From Octopus sinensis (taxonomy: Eukaryota): a stretch of DNA of 64,000 nucleotides. The notes beneath the pieces were generated by a model. It had not been told where the DNA came from, made no database searches, and was given only the letters and a program-made list of their open reading frames with translations. Shown here in pieces: positions 1-13,790 of this stretch; the stretch's first letter is position 1; each line of letters opens with the position of its first letter. The DNA is taken from positions 65,596,001 through 65,660,000 of the forward strand of contig NC_043004.1 of assembly GCF_006345805.1 (NCBI RefSeq), in the 5' to 3' direction. Both the position numbers and the translations under genes were made by a program.

Positions 1-56
1 ATATATATATATATATACATACATATCAATAAAATATAAATATAAATATAAATATA

Positions 57-133
<77 letters not shown>

Positions 134-169
134 CAATATAATTTGGGCTAGTGGAAGGATGAGACGGTT

Positions 170-690
170 CTTATAGCCCTCGTATATTCTACATTTTTGT
201 GAGATTGATGTTATCAAGGTTCCATTTAAAGTGTTGCATGTAGACAAGTGCAAATATTTGAAGGGGGAAATTGCAGAGAGCAATATTCTGGAAAGAAATG
301 ATAGGATGCTGTTGTTGAGGTAGGAAAAGATATGAGTTTGAGATTAAGAGGAGTGAAATATGCCACTTTGTATTACCTCCTTAGAGGAGCCCCGGTCATA
401 GCAGTCTGTGTTCATAGATCATTATAGTAGGAAGAAATATTCGATTCTTTTCGTTTCTATTCAACACTTCTCGGCAGACATTATCCGATACTTCTCTTTA
501 CGTGTTTTCGTACATCCCTATCATATTACATCTGGGTACTAAATCTAACTCTGTAGATATTTTACCAGTTACATGTTTTGCGATTATTTTATTTAACTCG
601 GGGACTAATAAAGTTGGTTAGCTGGCTTCCGTTGTGTAAAACGAACGGAATTATAAGATCCTCTACAGAATGAGAAGACAATCTGTTACA
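170..690 (-). pseudogene. Possible highly degraded Penelope-like RT fragment
   Basis: Weak motifs (GMYENT ~ SLYTNI; FALVYMQHF ~ LANLYMEHF) with many stops. Inference only. Confidence 0.3.
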
Positions 691-692
691 GG

Positions 693-1078
693 CACTAGCG
701 TAGCTTGAGCGTGCGCCGCCCGGCGCGGCCCTTCTGTTTGCCGCTCCCAGACCTCCTAAAAAGAAACAAATATTGGCTAGAAAAGGCGGCGAGCTAGCAG
801 AAACTTTAGAATGCCGGAAGAAATGCTTCGCGGTATTTCGTTTGCCGTTACGTTCTGACTTAGCCCTTCATCCTTTGGGGGTCGATAAATTAAGTACCAG
901 TTACGCACTGGGGTCGATGTCATCGACTTAATCCCTTTGTCTGTCCTTGTTTCCCCCTGTATGTTTAGCTCCTTGTGGGCAATAAAAAAATAAGAAACAC
1001 ATATTGGCTAGAGCAGACCCAAAAGTGCCACATGGGGTGAACCGCACCTACGCCCCAATCCCCTCAGCTACGCTAGTG
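693..1078. mobile_element. hAT-like MITE with nested SINE
   Basis: 13-bp TIRs cactagcgtagct (693-705) and agctacgctagtg (1066-1078). 8-bp flanks gttacagg and cttacggg match at 6/8, consistent with a decayed TSD. Confidence 0.65.
781..1000 (+). mobile_element. tRNA-derived SINE family A inserted in the MITE
   Basis: Head aggcggcgagct.gcagaaac, core cttcatcctttgggggtcgataaattaagtaccag, TSD atattggctag (770-780 and 1001-1011). Confidence 0.85.
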
Positions 1079-1109
1079 CTTACGGGGTTCAAAGCAAGCA
1101 AATTTGTGC

Positions 1110-1280
1110 GGAGAGGGCAAGTGGATTACTTCGATTACATTTCTTGATCGGTACATTTTTTTACCAACCTCAGACGGTTGAAATACAAATCGACATTTGT
1201 GGGATTTAAACTCGGAACTTCATCAGTTGAAAGTAATGCCACTAAGTATTTTGTCCGCCGTGCTAGCGATTCTCGCCCCC
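1110..1280 (-). mobile_element. SINE family A, old copy
   Basis: Diverged reverse complement of family A. Confidence 0.55.
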
Positions 1281-2240
1281 ATTTTTTTCTCCTATTTCTC
1301 TATTTAAAAATAAGCATTCAATTTTACTCTTTTACTCTTTACTTTACTTCCCTAATAAAACGCTTCATATTCCAACAATTGCAGATACATCTATCACATT
1401 TCTCCTGATTTTCATGTGCTTCAAGTAAAAAAAAAAATGTTGATACGAGTTCCTTACAATCTTTATGAGATGCCATTCAAAATCCTCTCACTTTTTACCC
1501 CTGTTCTGTAATTTTTAACAATCCACCTCTTCCCTCACAAACTTGTATCTTATTCCTTTTCTTTCAGTCCTTTTCTTTCAGTCCTTTTCTTTCAGAGTTT
1601 TGTAATTCCGTTTTTTCTCATATATCTCCCCGATCTATCATTTATAGAATTATTTTCATTTCTTTTAATTCATTTATTTTCGCCATTTAAAGGCACCACA
1701 AATTCATACATTTGCACGTATATCACACAATCTGCATTACTTTTGCTTTCCATTTTGCCACACGCTCACGCTTCCTTGCAACTCCACACACCTACACGTT
1801 CTACACATACACGCCTGAACATACACACACACACACACACATACAAATACGCTCACAGACGATCAAAATTATCTCACACCACGTTAACCTGCGCCGTTAT
1901 ACTTCCTCATGTAATAAACCTAAATTCATGCACTCGTCCCCCATAAGAGCTCTCAGTATCTATATACTATATCTATCTCAAAACAAGCATCTGCATCTTA
2001 CTTATCTCCCTTCAACAAATCCACTTCGAACCTCGCATCCAAATCCTCAATCGTATTTTTCTCTTATTGATGGTCCTTCCTTCTCATTCGTCTTCTGCTT
2101 TCTCTGATAAACGACTGACTGTATTAGCTGTTAAGCTAATAAAGTACTTGTTAAAAAATGTCCCTTCTGATTTCTCTTTTGTATTTTTATTCCCTGTATT
2201 AAAAGAATATATGTTATATATATATATATATATATATATA

Positions 2241-2273
<33 letters not shown>

Positions 2274-2622
2274 TACATATATTTGTGCATAGATACGTGC
2301 ATATCACATACTTACAGACACTCATGCACACATATACACACACGTACGCACATCCCCTATATATATATATAATACTATATTATATATATATATATATATA
2401 TAAAGATATATATATATATATATTATTATATATTATATATATACAATTTTTTTCCCACACACACATATATAAATGTGCGTATGCCTGTAATGTAAATGTA
2501 ATAATATGTACGTACTCTGTATGTATATTATTTTATCAAATAAAAAAATCCATACGTACATATACATATATCACACACACGCATAACATCTATATATTAT
2601 ATTTATATATATATATATATAT

Positions 2623-2674
<52 letters not shown>

Positions 2675-2696
2675 ATATAATATATATATATATATA

Positions 2697-2933
2697 TAGG
2701 GTGGCCCAAAAGTAGGTTTACAGTTATTCAACTATCTCTTTCGCATTCATATTTTAACATTTTAGATGTTAATTATAAGAAAATATGAAACCATTATTCT
2801 ATACTAATTTAGTTAATTATATCAAACACCCATTTCAGTTTGTAAGATACAAATTTAAATGTAATAAAACGTTTTGAAAGAAATTTATGAAATTTATGCC
2901 AGATATGAGTAAACCTACTTTGGGGCCACCCTG
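2697..2933. mobile_element. Tc1/mariner-type MITE (237 bp)
   Basis: About 25-bp TIRs (t)agggtggcccaaaagtaggtttac and gtaaacctactttggggccaccctg, with TA on both sides. Confidence 0.8.
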
Positions 2934-4273
2934 TATGTACGGAGAAAAGAACTTTGTTCCCATACAGGAAAGAATATAGTTTTGGGGTTGAAAATAATAA
3001 TAGGGAAAACTCTGTAAAACATGCTTAGAAGATCAAATCTTTATACACATTCCAAAATTCAGTGAGTTTCACATTGATAGGCAGGAACATCAGTAGAAAT
3101 GTTCGAAGAATTTCACAACAGCCATTCATTATTGAAATTTCAGTAATATTGAGTTATATTAACAATTAGATACGAAAAATTATTGAAAAGAGATGGTGAG
3201 AAACAAAAGCAAAAAGAGAAAGAAAAAAAGTTCTTTTCACAACTTCTGTCGTAGAGCATGAAGGAGGATTCCTAGTCGCTGGTTGCGTTCGGTAGCATTT
3301 TGACTGCTTCGAGTTAGAATTCCTTCGTAACTATATATAATATTTCTACGTAAATTTTTGATTGGTGGTAAATTGAATAATGTGAAGTATTTCTCCGTCT
3401 GTAGTCTATTATTTGGGTTGCTTCTTATTTTGGATGATGTTTTGGTAAAATATTTTTGCTTGGCAGAGGTCCAGCATTCTGGTTGGTTGACTTACTACTG
3501 GTGTCATATGTTGGTCGACTGTTTCGACACCTTAGTTTTGACAAGTGGAGATCCAGTACTCTGGCTGGTTGATTGTCTTTAATTTTTGTCAAAGGATTTG
3601 ATAGCTGGCTTTTGTCAGACAGTCGCACAACTTTCCAGCTGGTTGATTTCCTTAAGGAGCCGCTGGTCTCGGTCAGCTCAATGCTTATTTGCTTTATGTT
3701 GAGGGTCCGGTTTTGACCATTAAAAAGCTTAGAATGATGTTAGCGACTTCTGTAAGGTGCATTTTCAATAAATATACACATACATATATATATATATATT
3801 ATCTATGTAAGTGATTACGTAAGTGGTAACAACGAAACCGGTTTGTGATTAATCTGTATATTTTGTATCTTTTCATTTGTCTTGCTCGCTTGCGTTCAGG
3901 CGTTTTCTAAATTTTCTTGAGAACATTCCATTCTGAATGTTATGACCATAGGGGGTCGACTTCTAGCATAACAGATGTCCACTTAGTGGTCACCCCTCTT
4001 ATATGTATATAATATAATTTTTCTGAATCTTCAGATTTTTCCATATGCTAGGCCACTGGGTTTAAATTTATATTAATCAAATTAATATTCAATTTTTCAC
4101 ACATATTAATTTAAATTTAAATAGAAAATAACTATATTCTCTAACCGGAAAAATTCACTGCAGAGAATTATTTTCTGCAGTATTATTTGCAGTATTTTGA
4201 CGCGCCAAAACGAAGACTTTTGAAATATAACCCAAATGTAATTGATAGAACTATATACATGTTCACTCTCATG

Positions 4274-4320
<47 letters not shown>

Positions 4321-5159
4321 ACTGTTTCAACGAAGTCGCGTCTTGTCCTTACCTTCAGAACGCGGAGTAGATGAAACAGGAACAACTGAAGAAGGGGAAT
4401 ATTCCTTGTGTTGTATGTCTTGTTTCTTTGTTTTATTTGTTGTTTGAAAAAAATATTCGTTTCTATGTTTTTGCTTTTATGTTTTCGTTTCACATTGTGT
4501 TTAACGTTTTTTTACGTCCTGTACCCATAAATGCATGTATATATACATATATATGTAGGTATGAACATATATGTATGTATATATGCATATATTTATATAT
4601 TTATATATTATTTATATTATTATTGTATATGTATAATATACCGAAATTGCGAGGATGATCTGTGTGTGCATGTATACAATACAAATTATATATTAGCGTA
4701 TCACAGGTTCTATTTGAGGGGTAAAATTTATTAGCCTAGATAGGGATTTTCTGAATAGCACCTAAGACTATTATAAATACTAATTTTTAAAACCCAGTTC
4801 ACCACGGTTTGATCTGTATTTGAGCCTCATCAGAAATAGAATGCAATTTCAATTTTTTATCCCCATAGAACTATAACGTGACTACATTACTCTGCATAAG
4901 TTAGATAAAAATGTAATCATTGATGACATTGTTTTTGTAGAGTATTATAAACACATAAGGTAAAAAGAACATATAAGATCAATATGTGGTCGTGTGTATA
5001 TAGTAAAATCATATCGCAGAGTCGTTGTAAATAGACACTGTAGTTAGATCACGTGGTTCATTCTCTGTGGAGTGAAAAAGCTATTGATGTGACTAGATTT
5101 AAGATTGATTAACGTCTCATCAGTGATTGATTATTGTCTGTTGTGTAAACAAACTTTTT

Positions 5160-5850
5160 CCGTGGCGATTGTAAAAAATATTTGTTTATTAAAATCAATC
5201 AATCGTGACTTTACCTTATGCTTATGTCCAACGATCTATGCAGAGCTTGTATTTGTTCCAACACGCATACAAGCACGAAGGCGCAGGCGCTACACATAAT
5301 AATCAGTGGGGGCGCAGTCTGGGGAGATAGGTGGCCAGATGTTACGCGTGGCGAGGTCGCAGATATTGCCTGACAGCCATGGGTGGGTTCTCCTGCTTGT
5401 GTGGCATGATACAACATCCTGTTGTCAGACATAGTGTCTTCCAGTAGTCACCATCTTGACCCAGGGCATCGCTACCTCCACCAAGCTCTTGATGTAGGCC
5501 TCCGTGTTGAGTCTGATGCCGTGTGAGAAGATGAATGAAGGCACAACGTCACCGTCAGTACTAAACTCTCTAAAATCATGAAGTCGAGTGGATATTGATT
5601 TTTATCACCCTCGGTACATGTCCTCAAATTGCACTGTCCACTAATTGACATTAAAAGACTCCGACGCGAATACCAAGCAGTACAACATGTCGTTTAAAAT
5701 TTTTTGGCAGGGATGATTGCGTCATGGTACTGTATTCGTCACAGACGGTGCCCACCTGGCCCTACAATACTGAGTACTGGATAACATCAAATTACCAAGA
5801 ATGCGCATGGGCGAAATTAAAAAATATAAAATGGTGACAATTTACCTATC
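5160..5850 (-). pseudogene. Tc1/mariner-superfamily (maT/DD37D-like) transposase relic
   Basis: DGDVVPSFIFSHGIRLNTEAYIKSL...QQDVVSCHTSRRT..WL...WPPISPDC, with stops. Confidence 0.7.
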
Positions 5851-5883
5851 GCACCCTCTGTGTGTGTGTGTGGTATATATATG

Positions 5884-5914
<31 letters not shown>

Positions 5915-6660
5915 TATATATACATACATACATACATAAATATATATACATACATATATAAATATATGTATATGTATACATTACTTATATATATATGTAT
6001 GTATGTTATATATGTATATTATATATATATAATATTACACACACACCCACATATACATATGTATATATATATATATATATATATATGCATATTATATTCC
6101 AATAGAAAAATCGAAAAAAAAGAGCATTTATTCAGAGATAGCGTTACTTTCGAGTCACAGATTTTTTTTTAGTCAAACAATGGATACTAACTTTTTCTGA
6201 AGGAAAATAAAAAACAAAACGGACAACATATCGAAAATTACTCCACATTTCAACAATATTTTTAGAAAAATTATTGCTATCTTTGCACAACAACTACAAA
6301 ATTGCAAGGAAATAAAATATTTCTTCAGCCGTTTCTTTCTTTCATTTGAGCCTTCAGTCTTCAGTGCTGTCTTCTATCCTTTAGCAAACGCCTATTATTT
6401 TACGGCTTACTTACTCCACGCCATTCTCTTCAAATGTGATAAAAACTGTTTTTGCTTCCAAAATATAATTTTTTCCAAATTTACGAATTGCAAATATTTT
6501 TTATATTCTATCGAAAGAATATATTATATCATTTTTATATCATCACTTTTTCATATTTTACCAATTATTATTATTTATTTTAATATTTCAAACTATAGTC
6601 TCTATATTTATTGTTTCCCGATCAAGAATTTTAACATAAGAACAAAATAGTCTCACTCAA

Positions 6661-6664
<4 letters not shown>

Positions 6665-6758
<94 letters not shown>

Positions 6759-6798
6759 ATCTATCTCTCTCTCTCTCTCTCTCCTCTATCTATCTATC

Positions 6799-6840
<42 letters not shown>

Positions 6841-6902
6841 ATATAATCTGTCTATCTATCTATCTGTCTATCCAACTATCTATCTATCTCTCTATCTATC
6901 TC

Positions 6903-6953
<51 letters not shown>

Positions 6954-6965
6954 GTCTATCCAACA
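6665..6965. repeat. (TC)n/(TATC)n microsatellite
   Basis: Direct reading. Confidence 0.95.
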
Positions 6966-7315
6966 CTCTATATTATCTCTCAATTTATTATTCTTATACT
7001 TCTCTGTATGTCCCAACCACATCCTCGTCCTTTGATATGTCTATTCTATTTCAAATATGTCGCTATATACAACCGCCAACATTAATACGTAACCCATTAT
7101 ATTCATGCGTATATATATATATATATATATACACGAATATATATACATCCCATCCCACCCCTACCACATCCTTTAGAACCGACCCTTTCTTCCCCCTTTC
7201 TCGCCTGCCCCACACCTCAACACCACCACACCACCGATCACTTCTCAGCACCCACACGAGCGCACACCCGAGTACTGACCACTTCCCAGCACCTACACTA
7301 TCATCCACACACGTG

Positions 7316-7698
7316 TGGAAGCACTCCGTCGGTTACGACGATGAGGGTTCCGGTTGATCCGATCAACGGAACAGCCTGCTCGTGAAATTAACGTGTAAGT
7401 GTCTGAGCACTCCACAGACACGTGTACCCTTAACGTAGTTCTCGGGGATATTCAGCGTGACACAGAGAGTGACAAGGCCGGCCCTTTGAAATACAGGTAC
7501 AACAGAAACAGGAAGTAAGAGTGAGAGAAAGTTGTGGTGAAAGAGTACAGCAGGGATCACCACCATCCCTGCCGGAGCTTCGTGGAGCTTTAGGTGTTTT
7601 CGCTCAAAAAACACTCACAACGCCCGGTCTGGGAATCGACACCGCGATCCTACGACCGCGCGTCCGCGGCCCTAACCACTGAGCCATTGCGCCTCCAC
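7316..7698 (-). mobile_element. tRNA-derived SINE family C, full length
   Basis: Reverse complement of 48936-49315. Confidence 0.9.
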
Positions 7699-8669
7699 CT
7701 ACGACCGCACGTACACGTGCACACACTCGTCAAGGTCACCAGCCCCTTTCCACACGCACATACACGCTCTCACATATACACGCACGAGCACAACTACTTT
7801 ATTATCTGCCCTTTTTCCTAGCTCTACTGTGTCATCCCTCTGTCCGGCATTCGCCATGATAGATCGCTATCCACTAAACCCTTTTCTATTTTCTCTCCCT
7901 GTTTATTTTTGTGTTCGTTTCTGTCGGAGGGCGTGGGTATGAAACGTAAAAGACTTTCTCACCTCCCAAGCGTTAAACTAATAGATCTGTTTGTTGTTTA
8001 CACACCCGTCTTCGTATATAAATCTCTGAGTGAGGTATAAATAGTAGCAATACGGAATCGTAACATATAATTACCAGCCAAGTGTAGCGTCCTATACAGT
8101 GTTACTGACGTCTATAGCCCCAGGAAGACATTTCTTCCAGCTGACTAACGACACATATTCTCTCTCTCTCTGTCTATCTATCTTTACACACCACACACAC
8201 ACACACACACACACCCTCACACACGCTTTTATATATATATATATATTATTATATTATATATATATGTTCATATCTGAATAGTATATAAATAGTTCTCTCT
8301 TCTTTGGGAATCACCCTGATTGCATGTTATGTAACTGTAATATCCCCTACACTTGCCTTCAATGTTTGCACTATTTAACCTTTCATGCAAACTCTCTCGA
8401 CTAACACTCTCTCATCTTATCACTACTTCCTCTCAAACCTTACTTGACTTTCTCTCTCACTCTATGCCTGTGTCTCTCTGTCTCGCACACGCACACTTTC
8501 TTTTGATTCTTTGATATTTTCTGGGGTTTTTAAAATTTTTATCGTATACTTCTGTTTGGCAAGGTTATTCCTTTTGCAAGATTCTTCCTCGTGTGCAACC
8601 CTCAATATATTCAATGCCATTTGGGCAATCGCAGTATGTCTGCAAATTTGGATGAGTACGATAGAAATT

Positions 8670-8723
8670 AAGATGGTGATGATGGTTATGATTACGGAAG
8701 TGGCTTTTGTGGTGACGATGATG

Positions 8724-8755
<32 letters not shown>

Positions 8756-8758
8756 GAT

Positions 8759-8819
<61 letters not shown>

Positions 8820-10272
8820 CGATGACGAGGAGGAAGGGATGAGCAGGTTGAGGATGAGGATGATGGTAATGATGATGTTGATGTGAATGACGAGGATGAG
8901 GATGGTTAGCTGGATGCTGCTGCTGCTGATGATGATGATCATAATAACGATAGCGAGGAGGATGAGGATGAACATATTTCAGGATGATGATGACGATGTG
9001 GATGATGTAGTGGAAGAAGATGGTGAGGATGGTGAAGATGAGGAGGATGAGAATGGTGAGGTGGATGGAGATGATGTCGAGGAAGACGCGGGATGATGGG
9101 GGTGATAATGATGATGATGAAGTGGATTATATATGTTGATGGTGATGATGGTGATTACGTGGATAATGGGTGATGACGGATGATGTTAAAAGATGATGTT
9201 GATGATGATGATGATGATGATATAGAGAAAGAAGAGAATGAAGAGAACAAGGAGGAGGACGACGTGTATAACGACGACGACGATGGCGGTGAAGATGTCT
9301 ATGACAACAATAACCTCGTCGATAATGACGGCGTCGGCAATATTAATGAAGGCGATGGCGATGATGGTGGTGATGATGATGTTGACGACCATGAGGTGAT
9401 GCTGCTGCTGCAGCTGCTGCTGCTGATGATGATGTTCAAGATGACGACTCAGGACTCAAAGAAAATGTAATGAAAATGATAGGGATCCAGACAGATATGG
9501 TTGATAATTAAGATAGGGGTAGATGAGGGAGAGCAGGCAGGGAAAGAGAAAGATGGGTGGGGCAGGAGCTGGTCGAGGAGAACGGTGACAATTACGAATT
9601 GTCTAATTACTATTATAATAAAACTCTTGATCATGTTAATAGTCTTGGTTGAGATCCTCTGCCTCCGTCTCCTCGTCCTTCTTCTTTTCCTCCCCCTCCT
9701 TCTCTACCCCCTCCCCACCATCAGCAACACAATTATCAATTTCTACTCATTACTTCTTCTTCTTTTACTTTTTCTTCTTCCACTTCTACTTTTTCTTTTT
9801 CTTCTGCTCCTTGGTCTTCTTACCCTCCTACTTCTCCATCTTCTTCCTCCCATTCCCCGTCAACATTTTCTTTCATTCCTCTTCTTTCTTCTTCTTCTTC
9901 TTCTTCTTCTTCTTCTTCTTCTTCTTTTTCTTTTTCTTCTTCTTCTTCTACTTCTTCTTTTTCTTCCTCTTCTTTCTTCTTCTTCTTCTTCTTCTTCTTT
10001 TTCTTCCTCTTCTTTCTTCTTCTTCTTCTTCTTCTTCTTCTCCACCTCCTTCCTCTTCATCTCTCTTTATATCTCTTTCGTTATATAATATACTCATACA
10101 TACGTATATATATATATATATACATATGTGTGTGTGTCTGGTTTCTTCCTTCCTGCTCTTTCTTCATATCATCTTTCCCGCTTTCGGTTTTACCCACCCT
10201 TACAAACTTCTACGCCGCTCACACAGCTCCGCTCTCACATCTCTCTTTCTCTCTCTCTCTCTCTCTCTTCTT

Positions 10273-10303
<31 letters not shown>

Positions 10304-10330
10304 TTCTCTCTCTCCTCTCTTCTTCACCGC
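8670..10330. repeat. Compound (GAT)n, degenerate GAY-rich and (CTT)n low-complexity block
   Basis: Direct reading. It explains the poly-D/M/F/L ORFs. Confidence 0.9.
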
Positions 10331-10649
10331 CCATTGAAAGCCCGATAACCTGCTTGCATGCCGTGTTATTCAATTGCTTGCTATCTCTGTATCGTTTGTT
10401 TCCTACTAACGTTTTCCTTTACACACTTACCTTCCTCTCTTAAACGCCATTGTTTCTTCGTTCTCGCCATTCTGTTTCCGGTCCTTATCCATAGAAAACC
10501 ATTTGGAAAGAAACTATTTGATTATCTTAACAATGAAATTATGTTCATTGTTAAATACCATTGCTTTGCATGCATCGTATAATATTTTGTGGAGGTACGG
10601 CTCGTGATAATGTGATGAAAAGGGATTGTATAGTTGGCTTTGCTGTAAT

Positions 10650-10956
10650 TAGTGTTGCTGATAGAGATGAAGACGGCTGTGGTAGAGGTGGTGCAGGTGG
10701 TAGGTACCGGTGGTGGTAGTGGTACTGGTGGTTGTGGTGATGGTGCTGTTTGTGGTGGTGGTGTTTATGTGTATGATGCTATTGGTGGTTATTTAGCTAA
10801 TGAGGTTGTTTGCGATGGAGATGATGGTGGTGGCGACGTTGGTTGTGATATACATACATATATGTATATGTATATGTTATATATATATACTATATATATA
10901 GATATATAATCTATATATATATATATATATATATCATATATACATACATATACATG

Positions 10957-11013
<57 letters not shown>

Positions 11014-11660
11014 ATGTGATGTTGCTAGGGGATGTATTGACGCATGGGTAATAACGACGGCGATGCAGATAGATGATGGCGGCAGAGTTGGCGATGTTGG
11101 ACGTGTGTGTAGACGATGGTGGTGGACCCGGGAATGGCGGTGGCGCTCATTCCGTGTATCGCTGTTGTAGTCGAGAATGATATGTCTGCAAATGATGGCG
11201 ATGGCGCGACTGGTCTTCGTAATAGCGTTGCTGTTATGAAAGAATGAAATAGTGCTATCGGTGACGGCGGCTGCGGATGCTGTTGCAGCAATGGTAGTGA
11301 TGGTGGTACTGATGCTGATGAGGGCTTTGGGTATATGGTGGTGGACATGCTGGTGTTTCTTTATAATGTTATTCTTGTGCATGTTGTTGTTGCGTATGGT
11401 GGGTATAGGTTTGCTCCGTTGTTGCAATAAAAGCGGAGACCACGTCGGTGATGATGATAACGATGATGATGCTAACGGTTTTGATGATGTGGGCGGTAGT
11501 GGTGATGACGGCAGTGGTGGTGGCCGGGGGGCTGTTAATATCGGCGGTGGTGATGATGGCAGTAGTTGTGGTGATGGCTGTGGTGGCGATGCCATTAGTA
11601 ATGGGGATGATGGTGGTGGCGACGGATGTCGTGAGTCTGGCGGTAAAGAGAGTTAGGACT
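10650..11660. repeat. Degenerate (GGT/GAT)n with internal (TA)n
   Basis: Direct reading. Confidence 0.8.
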
Positions 11661-12361
11661 TTTATAATAGCTGTACTACTGGACACGGGCTAAACTCGAT
11701 AGATATAGTGGTGACAATGGTTTTCTTTTTTCTTTTTTCCTGTTACTATTATTATTTACCTACACCCCCCGCCCAGCATAAAGGGCATTCCAGCCTTGAC
11801 CATCTCATCGCATTTGGTGAACCCAGAACTACATTATCCATCGAGTCCCTTACTAAAACAATGAGCTGTTATATGGAGTTAATTTGGTTGCGATTTCTAG
11901 GGCGTTTATCGACCATCAACTGGTTCCATCGTTGATTATGATTCTGGTGATTATAGTAACATTGATGTTAGTGTTCTCAATGTTGCTGTTGGGCTTACTA
12001 CTTTTGTTGCTTGCAATGTTGGTCATGATATAAGCTACTGTGCTTTCTCTTACCATGTCATAGACGATGCTTCTGACAGTGGTTATGATGATATTACTAT
12101 AAATATAATATATGACAATTATTCGGTAGCCATGATAAAACTCCGAGTTTCAGATGTTTAAAATTTTTATTATCCTGGTATTATTAATTATATATATGAT
12201 TATTACATACATATAAGAGGGAATTTTACCACTATGTGCATAGTGGGAAAATTCCCTCTTATATATATGTAACAGTTTTTTTTATATGCTAGACCACTGG
12301 TGTTAAAATTGATGTTATCAAATTAATATCCAATTTTTCACCCTCATTTTAATTTTATATG

Positions 12362-12393
<32 letters not shown>

Positions 12394-12487
12394 CATATTG
12401 ATAGAAATGGTAAGACAACAATAGAATAAAAGAGACCTCGATATTATATAAATAGAGGAATTTATCTGTAAATATAATACGTGAAAA

Positions 12488-12648
12488 TTATTCGGTAGCC
12501 ATGATAAAACTCCGAGTTTCGGATGTTGGTGCAGAAACCTACGCCGCCATCTCTTCAGTTATCGGGCCATCGAAAAAAATCATATTTTTTTTCGATTACC
12601 TGATAACTGAAGAGATGATGGCGGAGTTTTACTATGGCTACCGAATAA
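12488..12648. mobile_element. Foldback of the third hammerhead family
   Basis: The left arm carries the intact motif and the right arm is an inverted, internally deleted copy. Further copies at 12115-12160 and 45017-45102. Confidence 0.75.
12503..12563 (-). ncRNA. Type I hammerhead ribozyme, third family
   Basis: Minus strand reads GAUAA-CUGAAGA-GAUG(22 nt)CAUC-C-GAAA-CUC(G)GAG-UU/UUAUC. It has a 5-bp stem I and a GUU site, with one extra C before GAAA. Confidence 0.7.
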
Positions 12649-12683
12649 CTGCCACATACTATATTTACAGTTACACGCCCCCC

Positions 12684-12731
<48 letters not shown>

Positions 12732-12739
12732 GTTTCCAT

Positions 12740-12930
12740 GGTACTTCATCGACTGTGGCAACGAGGGTTCCAGTTGATCCGATCAATGAAACAGCCTGCT
12801 CGTGAAATGAATATGCAAGTGGTTGAGGACTCCACAGGCACGTGTACCCTTAACGTCGTTCTCGGGGAGATTCAGCGTGACAGAGTGCGACTGGGCTTTG
12901 AAATACAGGTACAACAGAACCAGGAAGAGC
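12740..12930 (-). mobile_element. SINE family C, 3' fragment
   Basis: gttgatccgatcaa.gaaacagcctgctcgtgaa homology. Confidence 0.75.
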
Positions 12931-12948
12931 TAGCTTAAAAGCCGCCCG

Positions 12949-12993
<45 letters not shown>

Positions 12994-13059
12994 CACACCC
13001 ACACCTACACCCACAAACCCACACCTACAAACGCACGCACACACACACATACGACGAGT

Positions 13060-13190
13060 TGCTTTCGGTTTTAGTTTACTAAATCTACAAACAGGGATTT
13101 GTTGGGACCGAGGTTATAGCAGAAGACACTTGCTCAAGGTGCCACGCAATGGGACGGAATCCGGAACCATGCGGTTGCTTCCCAACCTCA
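13060..13190 (-). mobile_element. SINE family B, 5' fragment
   Basis: agaagacacttgctcaaggtgccacgcaatgggac. Confidence 0.7.
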
Positions 13191-13319
13191 TGGTTCCGGG
13201 TGATTTTGGTAATATTTCCAGTATTCCTGTTACTCACAGACAGGCTTTCAATTTTGCCTTTTAAAGACTCTAGCAAATGATTTTATGTCATTTTTGTTAT
13301 TTCTTTAAAGCTGTTGAAT

Positions 13320-13790
13320 TCGTGATCGTCGTCGTCGTTGCAGTTGCAGTTCTTACTCCACCTCCGCATCCTCTCCTCCACATCTCCTCCACCTTCCTTC
13401 CCCTCTTCCCACTTCCTCCTCCTCCTCCTCCTCCTCTCCCCCATCCTCCCCTTCCACCCCGTCTCCCCTCCGCGCCTCCACCCCTCCCCTCCTTGCCTCC
13501 ACCTTATCCCCCTCCCCCATCGTCGTCGTCGTCGTCATTGTTGTTGTTCTTCTTCTCCTTCTCCTTCTTCTTCCCCTTCTTCCCCTTCTTCCCCTTCTTC
13601 TTCTTCTTCTTTATCTTCTTCTTCTTTATCTTCTTCTTTTACCTCTTCTTCTTCTTAGTCTTCATTTCTCTCCTCCCCGTCTTGCTCCTCCTCCTGCTTA
13701 TCTTTGCCCTCCTCCGCATCTTGCTATCGTTTTCCTTCTCCTCCTCCTCCTCTCCTTCTTTTTCTTTTCCTCTTTCTTCTCGCTGCCCTT
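13320..13790. repeat. Polypyrimidine (CCT/CTT)n tract
   Basis: Direct reading. Confidence 0.9.

Noticed and set aside
5090-5130. Minus-strand CUGAUGA-GAC...GUC motif
   Set aside because: No GAAA or stem I follows; at best a fossil.
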